The position numbers and the translations under genes are program-made. Below are positions 49,698 to 62,735 of a stretch of 64,000 nt of DNA, in pieces (position 1 is the stretch's first letter; each line of letters starts with the position of its first letter). The notes under the pieces were generated by a model. The model was not told the origin of the DNA, did no database searches, and saw only the letters and a program-made list of their open reading frames with translations. This stretch comes from Toensbergia leucococca. Its lineage: Eukaryota. The stretch is from positions 62,001-126,000 of the forward strand of contig JALDZS010000004.1 in the NCBI GenBank assembly GCA_022813965.1, in the 5' to 3' direction.

Positions 49698-49946
49698 ATG
49701 TGCTTCCAAGTCGTCGAACGGTATGCTGTCTGCCGTTGCCTTTACTACAGCCATGCCATCGATGCATGTCCTGCCTATGGACGTCGTGGTCATGACGTAA
49801 AGACCAAGGAAGTCCTGGTCGGCTACACTTGTCCAAGACATTCAATGAACGGTTCCCAGTCCTCAACACAGCAGACTGGCTATTCTGATTCCGGCTACTC
49901 AAGCGGTGGGAACAAAAGCAAGTTTCCGGAGAGCTTTCGTCGGTGA
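49698..49946 (+). CDS. Small Cys/His-rich hypothetical protein (82 aa)
   Basis: Good start context (GCCATCATG). MCFQVVERYAVCRCLYYSHAIDAC..GH..VLVGYTCPRH resembles a conserved ascomycete microprotein family that I recall but have not verified. Confidence 0.75.
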   Translation: MCFQVVERYAVCRCLYYSHAIDACPAYGRRGHDVKTKEVLVGYTCPRHSMNGSQSSTQQTGYSDSGYSSGGNKSKFPESFRR

Positions 49947-50190
49947 CATTCATGAGTACGACACGAACTACAGACTCCAGACCCTGAGGGCTAGGACTGC
50001 TGCCAATAGGTCTGGGAATGAGGGAGGAAGATGGCGCCATGCCATGAGGATATCGGCGAGCGTCTTTGGAGGCGCCTGCCCCCTACCTTGAACCCACGCT
50101 GCGCTGGCGACGGATCCCTTTTTGATACCATTTCGCATCCCATCTTTCTTACTACAGAGACTGCGGAGCAGCGCTTCGCGACGTCACGCG

Positions 50191-50210
50191 CACACACACA
50201 CACACACACA
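50191..50210 (+). repeat. (CA)n microsatellite
   Basis: 10 CA units. Confidence 0.9.
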
Positions 50211-50975
50211 AAACTTTCCTACGACTCTATCTTGCTAGTCGGCCGAAGACACGGGAAGCACGACTGGGGAGGAAACATTGGGCTGGATCCATTCTAGGGG
50301 GCTGCTTGACGGAATTGAGTTGAAGGGACGGCGGCCATGCAGGCATGACTGATATGAGACATGTACACTAGTGCTGGAGATAGACGGAGTCATCTGAGCG
50401 GGTTTGGGAATTTGTTTGCCTTATCGTTGGAGTCATCAGCCTTTGAATTACTAGCGTCAGTGTTGTGTGAACGCTATGAGCGTTGGTGTTCTCAGCTGCA
50501 GGCAGCAGTGACGTCTGTGTGCAGATAGGCAGGGCCTCGACGGCTGTGGCTGGAGCAAATAGACAGTTCTGACATTCGAACAACCCATACTAGGTACCTT
50601 ACGGAGTACTCGGGTTTAGACTTTGGCCCTGTGCATATTGAACGTCTGCCAGGACCGAGGTTCACATCTTGGTGCGGTCCGTTCATTATTGAACGGAACT
50701 GCACCCAACCTCAAGCTTGGACAGGGTTGAGCAATGCTGTTCAATCATTCTTTCAATTCAGCATTGAAACATTAGAATCAGAGCAAGACGTCGATGGGTA
50801 ACAGCGCACCGTCAATTCGTCTCCAACCCCTCCCACCAAGGAGCTAAAGCCACCCCCACTACCTTACTTTACTTTATCTTGGCCAAATCCAAATCCCCTT
50901 TTTCAAGCTCCGATCCTGTTCAGCTTCTACTAGCTAATCTTCAGAAAACATAGAGAAAGCTGAAACGTTCCCATG

Positions 50976-52775
50976 TCAGAACCCTCCCATCAGACCCTCC
51001 AGCTCCTCCGGGCTCAGCGTGCTTCTCCGCCTATTCCGTTCTCCCTTTCCCTCTCTAAACGCACTTTGGCTTGTCTTATCTTGCCGTTTCCGCGCATCTT
51101 CAGCTTCAGCTTGTACTTTTGCTAGTTTCTGTTGTATTGTCAATGGAGACGAGAGTGATGTAGATGGCGCCTTCATTAAATTATCAGCACCGTTTCCTTA
51201 CGATTTCCCGCTAACAAATTCCAAGTAGCTTGACTTACCTTTTTTGCTAAGTGCGATCTGGCTTGCTTCAGCGGTTGTGAATCCTTGCTGGCGGAGAAGT
51301 CTAGCAAGGACACTTCATCAGGATCAATGCTGTTGCTTGTGCTCTCGGTGAATTCTTCGGGTATTACGGGGATCGAGGATTTGATCGATGTGAAAAATGG
51401 CCTGGCATTGCCACTCGAAGCTCTGAGAGGTTTGCTAGCTGGGCATAGATCCATCTCGAGTCCATCTCCTTGCTGTCTTATGTTGCCGAACGACTCATAG
51501 GTCCCTGGAAGACCCTCAACATCGCCTTGAATCTTGTCAGATGTGTTATACTCGGTCTGCTCTCCGTCGTCACCCTTGTGTGACAAGACCTCCTCGTTTG
51601 TCTCCTCAGCGCTTGGTATTCCTGACCCGAGGTTCAAGCCGATTGTTAGATCGTCGAGGTTGATCGTATCGCCTGTACTCATCATTCTCTTCCTCCATCC
51701 GTCCATCAGAGCAACTGCCTCTCTCCACCGTGCTTCCATCTTTTCCCAGCCTTCCCTCAGCCTAATGATTTCATCCTCCCTGACTTCTAGTTCTTCAAGA
51801 GGCACAAACGAAGGGTTTGTCAATAAGCTTCGCAGGTGTTCGAGCACTTCGCCCATGTCGGTAGTCAATACCTTGCAGGATGGTGGCGGAGCTAGAAAGA
51901 CGACACCACTCTCAACTGCCTGCCCCTCTGCACTCGTTGACCTCTCCGACCCCTGCTCCAAAATCATCGGTAACCCTTGCAGGCTCCTCAACGTCGCTAA
52001 TGTACCCTTTACAAGTTCAATCAATGCATCATTTTCATCACTCAACCCCTGACTTAATTGCGTCAAGAACTCCGTCGTCTCTTGCTTCAATGAGTAATCG
52101 GGACGCCCCAGGTCCACCCCCACTTCAGCATCTCTACCTCCCCGTTGCATCTTATTCAATCCCGGAGTCACAACAACCACGCCTACTTGGCCTCCAATTC
52201 CCTCTCTCCCTCTTCGACGTTCCAAATGCCGTTTTAATCTATTGATCTCTCCATCTCGCCTACGGATGTCAGTGGCGCATTGTCCCCTTATCTGTGCAAC
52301 TGTCACTTTAAGTCTCGCCATCTCCTCTTTAAGCACTTTCGTCCTGGTCTCCGCACTCCGTAGCGTCGCACGCGCATTGCGCTCTTGGGCTCCCAGTAAC
52401 GCCAACTGCCGGTCTAAGTCTGTGTTACGGGTCTCAAGACGAGCAATGGTCTGTGTTTGTTGCGTGGCAGACGCGCGTAGGTTCTGCGTGTTTTGCGAAA
52501 GGGTAGAGAGGACATCAGCTTCGCGCTGAATCAAAAGAATGTCAGATTCAAATTCATGTCAGAGGAATCGTATCATTGGCGTGACGGTATCATACATCTC
52601 TTCTGAGGATTAGATCATGAATCAGATTCATGATCTTGGCCATTGTCGCATCGGTACCCCCATCTGCTTTTGAGGGTGTCGCGAATTCAACAGGCAACCC
52701 ATTGCGCAGAAGACCACGGGAAAGCAAGAGGTTGTTGACGTAAAGCGAGGCAGTTTGAAGGTTTCGAGGATCCAT
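50976..52775 (-). CDS. tinA: NIMA-interacting TinA / Msd1 / SSX2IP (ADIP-domain) coiled-coil spindle pole body protein, 3 exons
   Basis: MDPRNLQTASLYVNNLLLSRGLLRNG..IMNLIHDLILRRD|READ.. then a long coiled coil, YSLKQETTEFLTQLSQGLSDEND, LTNPSFVPLEEL and a terminal RRSTLSPEELE.L. Two GT-AG introns. Confidence 0.8.
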
Positions 52776-53177
52776 ATATACAAATGGCGCACTGTGAGGC
52801 CTTTTACAAGCTTTCCATTTAGCTAGTGACCAAATAGCACGCTGGAATCATTCTTCAGACAGTGCTTACTTGTTCCTGGCGTATGTGAAGGACTGGTACT
52901 GGAATAGATTTCAAACCTCAAGCATCCAATTTTCAGCTGATAGGTTGCTGAAGCTGTGTAGCTTCCAAAATGGCCTCGATAAATTATCACCGAGCAAACA
53001 TCCAAACGTAAACAAAGGGTGCAGGGATTGGAAAGCTATTCTAATCTACGGATCGGAAGAATTAAAATCCATATTGAAGATCAATCGCATCGGAATGTTC
53101 GTCGCAACCGAACGCGTCCGCCGACATAGAAATTAGCACGCTTTCACCTCAGCGCCGAAAAGTCTTAGTTGTTCAAT
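52776..53177. promoter_or_regulatory. Probable bidirectional promoter between the TinA-like and Nup85-like genes
   Basis: About 400 bp separate two divergent ATGs; inferred from geometry only. Confidence 0.45.
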
Positions 53178-56100
53178 ATGTCTGGCTGGACAGTTCCGCT
53201 CTCCTCGAGTCCTCCATCGACGCCAGGCACGCATCAGCAAAATACGAGTGGTAGTAGTAATCCGTTTACAAGCTTCGCTCCAGATCCTTCCACCACACCG
53301 GCTGGCCCTCCGCCCTCATCTGCTGCGTCTTTCACACCGGCTGGCGTGCCCACCTCATCCGTGTTCGGTAGCTCATACCTGTCATCAGGCAATACGCTCT
53401 TCAGATCAGAAGCAGCCAATGGCTGCAAAACAGACTTACGACGAGACCCCAGCAATCCTTTTTCCAAAGCTTTAGCGTCTAACGGCGCCTTCAAGGGTGA
53501 AAACGTTCTTAGTAGTAGCCTGCCTTCAGGAGTTTCAGGTGTAATGAGTGAAGAAGAGGAATATGGGGTTTCTGAAGAATACTATGATGAGGATGATGAT
53601 CCTGACGAGTCAAGAGCACAAGACGACAGCGGTGAGTCTGAAGAAGGGAGCATGGAAGTCGACTCTGATGCTGGAAATCAATCGTTTGGAGCACAATCAA
53701 CGACGACTTCACAATTCAACGGGTCATTATATGGCAGGTCCCAAAACGGATCTTCCTTCCGAGGTTCTATATCACGCCAGATCAAAGAGTCTTGTGATGA
53801 TGCCCCTACATCATATGAACGATCACTTCTCGGAGGAAAAGAAGGTGTGAAAAGGAAAGATTCGGCACTTCCCGGCATAATTAAGAGTATGGCTAAGAAA
53901 CTTGGGGTTACCAAGCTTGAAGAACCAGATAATATTATTCTTCAAACGGAAGAGCTTGTCAGCGAGTTGCACCAACTGGAGAACAAAACAGCTCAAGATG
54001 ACAGGGTTCTCGAAGCCGCCCTCACCACTATACCTGAAGCGTTGAGTAAATTGTGGCGAAAATGCTGTAAACAAGGAGAGTCTCGCTCTGAATTGGAAGG
54101 AGAGCGCGTCGTTGGAATCGGTCCAAATGAAAATGCTCCACCTTTCCAGAAAGCTACATTTGTGGGCACATTATTATTACAGCTTCATCATCCCCCGGCC
54201 GCAAAAGGCAAACAGGCGTTCGCAGCGTTTCGTAGATCAAATCGATCGTCCCTTGCAGACTCCTCCCAAGTGACGCAGTTACCGTCAAGATCAACCGCAA
54301 TACCGAGAGTTCTCTTCGACTGGCTTCATGATCATCACAATTACAGAACCTCTACGGCTGTCTTGCACACCCATCAACCTAATTCTACCGCGCATCCTGA
54401 ATTTTGGGACTTCATCTTCTATGTAACCTTGCGCGGCAGAATCTCTGAGGTGGTGAGAATATTGAAAGAGGCCGATTTTAAATACGCTCGAACAGCAAGA
54501 AATGACGGACAAGCACAGGATGGCTATCACGTGTCACAAATTGGCAACATTAACAGAGTGGTTAGTCGGGCTATACAAGTGCTAGAGCTTTGTCCGTCAT
54601 TGCAGGACGGGGATTGGAATGTCACAGATCATGATTGGTTCATATTCCGGAAGCGCGTTGAACAAGCAACCGCAGACTTAGCAACCTTTGCAGAAGGCCG
54701 AGATCGAGACTTAGACCCTGCAGAATCTGTTCTCGAAGCAGAAAACTTTGGTCTTCGAGGTACTTCAAAGCCCTTCAGCCAGTCAACCCGGCGGGTTGAA
54801 AGCAAAGTGCCTTGGACAATCTACCGGAGTCTTAAGACTATGTATGGTATTTTGCTTGGTGGGACTACCGAGATTATTTCTACGGCTCACGATTGGGTTG
54901 AAGCTACGGTAGGCCTGACGGCTTGGTGGAATGGTGATGACGACGATGAGATTTCTGTTGGGAGTCTTGTAATGACCCGACACTCCCTGAGACAATCGCA
55001 GTCCCGGGTCCCACGTTCGGTCGATGTTAATCCTGTTGCAGCGTACTTACGACGGCTAGTGTCTGCGTTTGAACGGATTACAGACGATTCTGATGATGAT
55101 GCTTTCCAGATCAATTCAAATAATCCTGTGGAGGTAGGCTTAGCATCTATCTTTGAAGGAAATGTAGAGGGTGTGATTGGGCTTTTGCGCGGATGGTCTC
55201 TCCCTGTTGCTACCGCGGTGGCCGAAGTTGCAAGTCACGGAAACTGGTTCGAGCCTGTAGCTGGAAGCGGAATGATGGACGGTTTCGATGAGAGCGATCT
55301 CATGGTACTTAGCTATGGTCAATCCGAGGATATGGCGAGCAGGGATAGTATATTGATGGAGTATGCAGGCACACTTTTTGAGAAAGAGGTAATAGAAGAT
55401 CAACGCACTGGAAGAAATAGAGAAGGTTGGGAGCTTTCGGTTCAAATTCTTTCTCGACTTGACGATTCTGGCATGGCAAGCAAGAAAGTTGGAGCCCTCT
55501 TCAATCAACTCCCTCTGGATTCAGATTGGCGCGTGGATAAGCTTCTCGAAATTTGTAGTGACTTTGGTATGATTAGGGAATCTCGGGATATTTCAGAGGT
55601 ATGAGCTCTCCTGGCCGAGATGAGTCATTACTAAAGTTGTATAGAGATACGCGGACTCCATTGCAGGAGATACTGATCGATATGGTACAGCATTAATATA
55701 CTACGCCCGCGCCCACAGCAAGAAGAAAGTCAAGGACGTCCTCGATCTCCTCATCTCTGTATCCCTCGTCCAGTCCCTTGCCTTTCCACCACACCTAGAT
55801 CTCGATCAAAATCTCATGGCCCTTGTCTTCTCCCCCAAGGAAAGTCTGCAATCTCTTGTCGAGATGGATCATGAGGCCGCAGACGTTTTGCTCACGTATC
55901 TAAGTGGTTACGCGACCCTTCGAAAATTCTACGATTTACGAGATGAAGGAATGAGACTGCCAGAAGGCCAAAAGTCGACTTTGCGGCCCATGGCGAGGAA
56001 AAGGGCAGCTGCGGCGGCATTGCTAGCAGTGATTGACAGCGCAGCAGATAATATTCACGGCGGTCTCTACGATGAAGATCGCGGCTCGGTGGTGCAGGTT

Positions 56101-56601
56101 GACGGCCTCCTGGTGCTTTTAGGGGAAGCACTGATCTTTGTCGACCGCAAGTCCCCATCACCACCAGCATCATAGGCGATTTACTAATCTATGATCATAG
56201 AACCCAAGCGCATCCTCTCGGATCTGCAGAATTTTACTTTACTGAAAGCTATTGAAGACCTTGAGACGGTGGCATCGCGTGTATACGCTCAGTGCAATGA
56301 GTGTTTCCAGTCCACCATGGCTGCAGCACACGGTGCTCGGGCCCCATTGAAGAAATCAGTCAGTAGTATGACGGCTAGTAGTGGGTTTTCCATGGTCGGT
56401 AGCTCGTTGTTGGACTCGGGAACTAGTGTTGCAAGTGGTAGAAGTAGTGCAGCACTTGGGACCGCAGGTGAGGTGAAGAGGGGGTGGGATTGGAGGAAAG
56501 GGCTTGGAAAGGAGGCCAGAGGGGAAGATATTTTGAGAATTTTGAGATTGGGATTGGCAAAGGATATGACTCGGGCATGGGTCGAGGGAAATGGGATCTG
56601 A
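53178..56601 (+). CDS. NUP85: Nucleoporin Nup85-like, 3 exons
   Basis: Disordered N-terminus (SSPPSTP, PSTTPAGPPP), then HPEFWDFIF..LRGRISEV..IL, DWVEATVGL..WW and GWELSVQILSRL. Introns at about 55599-55644 and GC-AG 56147-56200. Ends RGWDWR..ILRILRLGLA. Confidence 0.78.
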
Positions 56602-58275
56602 AGCTTTTGAAGAGGGCGTCCCCAGGAGTCTTGGTTGTACACTAGACCGGCGGCACTGCATGGTCATTCCGGTCATGTTGGCAAGCGCGAAGCATCAGAC
56701 GGAGTCTATTGAAGCAGGATCAGTTGATACAAAGGTAGTCTACCATAGCTCACAGACGCATTCCAATGGTGGTGGTTTCCGGCTAGGCCATGACCACGGC
56801 ACTCGGTTGGGTAGACCAGGACTACCTAGGTGCCACAATTCCTCTTTGCAAAATGCGGCAATGTTTTCGATATGAAGCATTGGGCCAGACCACGTCGACC
56901 AGGCGTGAGTGGAGCATAGTCGGTACTTTCCATTTCTATGTGAGTTGCGGGCTGAGAGGGCGTCCACAGGTGGGGAGTGGGATGCAGGAGAACCCTGTCT
57001 GCTTTCTCTTATGGCAGTCTGATTGTGGCAGCAGGATCATGGGATGAAGGTATTTGTCGTGTAGCAGCACAACACCCACATCATCGTACATGAACCGACG
57101 CGGTCTGGACCTTTGCCGGCTTGACATAAACTTCTCCACCAGACATGACATCACTTGCCGCAGCTTGATGAAGTTCTCGTTACAATATTGTCGCGATGAA
57201 ATGACAAATCGACGGCTTGGTGGAAGTGGTAGTGCATAATTTGCCGTGCAGCTGCATCATGGAAAACTTTCACACGAGGAGGATAGTGGGGCGCGCATGA
57301 AGAATGTGCAAATGGTGGTTGTCTCGTTTGACAGATGGACAGGGGGGGGAAGAGCGAGGCGGGAGAGGATTGTGGCTGCAGGAGTTTATTTCTATTTCTA
57401 GCAGGCTCACTGGGAGGGCAGGGAGGAAAGAGCAAAGATGCAACAATGATGCGCCATGATTGTGATTTGATTAAAGTAATCTACGGCACTATTGCCTGGG
57501 TCAGATTCCAACCGTCATGTCCTTGACCGGCTGATCGATTGGTCCTTTGCAAGAGGTAGGGCAAATGAGCTGTTTCCCATCTGGGCAAACGTGTCCCGGC
57601 CCTCTCTCTCCAGTCTCAGCATCAGTCTTTCATCTCATTGTTCGTTATTGGCACAAATGGATCTAATCATCCATTGCCCCGATGCTGCAACGTTGCACGA
57701 CGTCAGCGTCGAAGCCTAGCGACCGGATTCTGAGCCTTGGTCTCACCCCGTTCCCTGGTTGTGCCCTCCACCGGAGGCTTAACCTACCGAATCGCAAACA
57801 TATGCAAGCCATGAGCCACGATTGGCCTAACCGGGCAGATGCTTAAAGTTATCGATCTCCTTAGTCCATCGAATCAAAGCCGCCAGATGGTGATGGACCC
57901 TTTCGCCAATCTACCTCCCCAAGACACCACCCACCATGCATCCGGAGCCTTTTCCCTTCTTGTTCTACCCCAACTCCCCCCTACCGATCCTGTCTATCCT
58001 ACCTTCTGCCTCTCCGCCTTCCTTACGCGCCGAATTCCGTAGCGGCATGCGCGGCCGTCCATCCATCGAGGCCTAGATGTCTACAAGATATCATTTTCGA
58101 AATGTCTCATATTCAGCAAGCCCTAAGTCCATCTTGATGCACACTGTCATCATGCTTCCATTGAATTTCCGCCCACTGCCCACCAGGCCGGGAAATTCCA
58201 TGCAACTTTGTTTATTCGTCGATATTCTTTCTGATCTGCTCTGCAATTCCTCTCCACGCTGCGGGACCTTTCGTG

Positions 58276-61251
58276 ATGGATGCTGTTACCATGTTTCCAT
58301 CCACCAAGGATGGAGCTTCAATGCAACCTCCAACACCACGGAAAAAGACCAAACGTCCTCAACTATCTTGTAACGGCTGTAGGCTCCGCAAGGTCAAGGT
58401 CCGTATGGCTCTGTCCGAGCTCTCTACGTCTCAACTAAGCTCTACCCAACCCAGTGTGACCGTCTACAGCCTTGTACAAAGTGTTCTTTGCACCAGACAG
58501 CCGAGCTGTGCCACTATGATCTCACCGACACTGAGCGCCAACCCATTCTTCAAGCAGAAGCCTTGAAAGAGAAAGATAAAGAAATCAACCGCCTCCGTGA
58601 TCAAATACACTACCTCGGCGGACAACTCAGCAAACCTGAGTCTTCGAGCAACGGTCGATCCTCACGATATTCCTCTAGACCTGACATTCCTTCCCGAGTG
58701 ACCAAGAAGCCTCCCAGTCCGAGACGAAGACGTTTCAACCGACGGAAACTAGCAGATAGCATTTACTTTGGCGCGCCTGGTTTAAGCGATGTGATTGAAG
58801 AGGTTGATATTGTCTTGCGTTTCTCGCGCCTGCACTGATGTCCTTTAGTTTACGAGACTAGCTGTGGAACCTAGGATCTCAAGCCTTACACATTCAGCCA
58901 TTCGTGGGACTGATCATTTCGCCTTCCAAATGGCTGCACCCCATCCATTTCCCACTCTTTGGTCTGCCAAAGATGGTACCTTGAGCCTTTTCCAGCTCTT
59001 GCCCAATGAGCAAGAAATTGATTCGTATCTCAAAGCATTTCAACGCCGAGCTCAGTCCAGTTCATTTCCTCATGTACCAGAAGAATGTACAAAGTTAGAA
59101 GTCCAGCGCTTTCTAGAAAATGCCGAGCATAATTCGGCCGTTCATCCTGACATGCTTGCGTTGCTGTTCACCACCCTAGCTCTAGGCCTGCAGCTTGGAG
59201 TTTACGACAAATGTGGCGAGGACTGGAAGCACGGTGCGGTAGAAGCCGAGTCGAAGCAAGGAGACGTTTACAGTGAGTATCGTCCTGCAGTATTCGTAGA
59301 ACTTTTGTTGATCACCACTAGTCGCTGCAGCTATGCAAGCTCTGAGGCTTGCCTCGTTCATGAGTCGACCAACACTCCTTGTTATTCAAACCCTGCTCAT
59401 GATTGGTCCATACCTGACAAACAGTGGCAAGTTCCTTGATGCTTGGGCGTTGTTTAGCTTGACGATCCGCTTAGCGCAAGGTATTGGCTGTTAGTAACGA
59501 CTGCACTGAAGCATTACAAGACATGCGAGCTAACATATTTAGTGCATCGTGATCCTCGTCGACTGAATCCACCGCCTCCTGACAAGGAGGTAATGGTTCG
59601 GAAAAACCTATGGTGGTGGATGCTGCATATGGATGCGCATTACTCTTTGACTATAGGTCGACCTCTTGGGATTTCTAGCATAGGAGATTGCCCAGCACCA
59701 GAAACACTCACCCCAGGCCGAACAAATCAGAGCCTATCAAGTTACATTTGTCACTTCAGCATTTTAGCACGTCAAATCCTATCTGCTGGGTACCTCGGCA
59801 ATGCTCAAATCGACGAGTTCACTGGTCGGCTGCTTGCGTTGATGGACACGTTGCCGGAGACTCTCCGCTTCGATGAGACATGGCGGGCCAAAGAGAAACC
59901 CCTTCCCAAGTGGCCTCTTGACGCCCAAGCGGCAGTGCTTCACTGTAATACTCATAATCTCTTAATCTTACTAAATCGCCAGCGATTAGATGACCAAAGA
60001 CAAGTGTTCGGCGACTCTGCAAGTGAAAGCTCTAGCCAATACCCAGATCAGGACATAGGCATAATCTCACGTGGTCGCGACCGAGTTCTTCAATCCTGTC
60101 GATCGCTTCTCATGGTGTTTGAATTCATCAACACTCGTGTCAAGGCTCTGATGATATGCTGGACAATAGGCCAACAGGCTTTCAATGCAGCTAACATATT
60201 ACTGTTGTCACTGCTCGAGACTAGAGATAGCGAAGACTTGCGTGTGGTTGAGCTTGCCTACCACACTTTCCACTTTATGCACTTACGTGGCATTCACAAA
60301 CTTGCAGGGCCCGCCTTCGAGAAGCTGGGTATGCTTCTGAAGGAACAGCCAGCGAGCGACTCTATCAAAGAGACAGTCATGGGCCAGGAAGGTATGATCC
60401 TACTAGAAGATCCTGGTTTACAAGGCTTCTTGCCTGGAAGATTTTCGCCTTTGAATTTCCAGATGGTTGGTAGCGCTGTCCAGAAGTATGATGTTACCAC
60501 GCCATGGGTTTCCAGTAGTTCTGGAGCTGTTCTAGGTAAATCGAGGGTAGCTAAACCCACGCCGGCATCGCAGCCAACAAGGAAGAGACCCCAGCGCAAA
60601 GCCAACTCCGTCGATGGACTAAACCCGCGGATCTCAGTCAAGAAGCCCAAACTTACCACTCAATCTTCTTTAACAAGTCAGAATACACTTGGCCATATCA
60701 TCCCGGCCGCCTTGACTCCACAACGCCATAGGATTCATGGCGGTCGGGGTATCCCTCGCACGTCGTCAATATCTATACCATCAGCCTTCACAACGTCAAC
60801 GCTCACCACAAGTCCAACGCACGCATCCCATCTTGACACTACAGGCAACAAGAACACATCGAAGCCAGCCCCACCTAATCCATTCAGCCAGCAAAGTCAG
60901 CCCGTGCACGACAGCAACTTTGAGGTCCTGCCTCGACGGAATACCTACACACAACCTCCCACGTACACCCCCCACAGCGTAAGCCCCGTTTCGGACCAGC
61001 CAAACGCATACAACCAACTAATCCCCCCAACCCTCGATAACAACCTTCAAGCCCATCAGCACATCGACAACACTCTGCAGCCCCATCAAACCATCGATAG
61101 TTCCCCTCAAGATCTCATCGGCTACGACCCTCAAAAGACCCCATTTGCTCCGTACATGCCCCCCGGCTTCGCAAATAGACAATTTCAGCCGTTTCAGATG
61201 CCGAGCTCGAACCTAATGCAGTATTACGAGTTCGGGAGCCCTCACCCATGA
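58276..61251 (+). CDS. Zn(II)2Cys6 transcription factor with Fungal_trans domain, 5 exons
   Basis: RPQLSCNGCRLRKVK|CDRLQPCTKC......C cluster split by intron about 58399-58454. Middle region AQGIG|LHRDP..RKNLWWWMLHMD..SLTIGRP. Confidence 0.92.
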
Positions 61252-62283
61252 AGTCTCAACGACTGACACGGGTACGGAAAGCGTACTGCCTGTCGGGTTC
61301 CTGGGATACACATCATCGCATGTGGTGTTGCTACGCTGGTGCCGATGTTGAATTATTCGTCGGAAGAGGAAGCACTTCCTTCTTGTGCTCGCGGCTTAGG
61401 TACTTGCGGTATGGGCTTGGCGTGTAATTTCCGTGGTGGAAAATAAGACCTCTCGATTTTCTTCGAAAATGATGGGCGGGGATGTCGTTGGACGGGGCGG
61501 TTCGTTGAGCGTTCTGGGTATTTGCCGCAGGGGTATTTGATGGGCACGCACTCCAAACCTCCTGTTTACTCTATGAATTGAATTGTATTAGATTAGTACC
61601 TTTGGTCGGAATCTTGTACTATTAGGAATGAGATCGAAAAATCTTGGAAATGATTTTTAGAATTAATCGAGAAGTCGGAGTCATTGTGTTATCTGATGGG
61701 GCCTGTTTTGGGTGTTGTTGGGGGGAAATGGAGGGAGGAAGCAAGGAAGATGGAAGGAAGAAAGGAAGAAAGAAAAAAAGGATGTGGGAAGGCGCTTTTT
61801 TGTTTGAGCTCGTCGTGGGTATAGATTTGTTGTACGAGTAGCAGTGGTTCGGCAGATAAGGAAGCCGGGCCACCTCACACCATGGACGAGGTTACCAATT
61901 TGGCTGCAGCTTTTGTGGTAAGAGATGGGGAGGGTGTTGCATCACTTTGATTATACGATCCATGAATGATTGAGAACCTTTTCTATGAGCGGGCCTGTAA
62001 TATCTATTTTTTTTGGTTTTCCTTTTTGAATTTCTGTGTTGAGAGGAGGGGAGAATATATGCGCGGTATTGAGTCCCTCCCCCCCCAAACTGGTTAAACG
62101 CCATGGTAAATGCACATTAACTGCAATGTTTCTTTGCCCGCTCTGTTCTTCCGCGCCCCGCCTGCTCGAATGATGACAACAAATGCCGATTCCCCATTTC
62201 TCGTTGGATCTGATTTACATCTTTTGCTCCCCCATAGCATCGCTGGCGGTCCTCCCTTGATTTCTTTTTTGGGTGCATAGCAC

Positions 62284-62735
62284 CTAGCCAGGGATTAGGA
62301 CTTCGCTCCAGCTGCTGGCGAAGAAGGCGACTGCAACCTGTGTTTGAGCGGAAATGTTAGCAGGGCTCGTGAGCGAAAGCTATCTCTTCAAATGTTTAAG
62401 GCTTTCTCTTTCATTCGCTCCTTTTCTGGGATGTTCTCTCTCTTCGCCTCCAAACTCCCCCCACCCCCTCTCTCTCTTCTTTTTCAATACGCTCTCCGAG
62501 TCTGAATGAACACTCATACCAGTAACATCCTCGAAGATCGAAAAAGGAGACATCAAAGCCTTTTTTTCTATGAAGCAAAGTGTCGACTCACCCCAAACAT
62601 GCCCACAGCTCGAACGACGGCCTGATTCTCCTTTGCAGTGAGGGCTTCGTAGGTGCTCTTAAGGATGGGGGCTGGAGAGTAAGCTGTGGAGGTGACAGCG
62701 AGTCTGTTGGACGGAGTTGAGCGCTTAGGCGCCAT
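62284..62735 (-). CDS. TOM6: Mitochondrial outer membrane translocase subunit Tom6 (65 aa; absent from ORF track)
   Basis: Exon 1 (62735-62592) MAPKRSTPSNRLAVTSTAYSPAPILKSTYEALTAKENQAVVRAVGMFG plus exon 2 (62337-62284) VAVAFFASSWSEVLIPG*. Matches the filamentous-fungal Tom6 pattern STY..LT..EN..VVR....FG.AVAF..SSW.E.L. Confidence 0.88.

Noticed and set aside
62170..62213. ATGATGA ... CTGA resembling box C/D snoRNA motifs
   Set aside because: Only 44 nt, with no terminal stem and no recognisable rRNA guide sequence.
62501..62514. 12-nt match (CTGAATGAACAC) between the Tom6 intron and the 34.5-kb hairpin arm
   Set aside because: Many 12-mer coincidences are expected by chance in 64 kb; too short to claim targeting.
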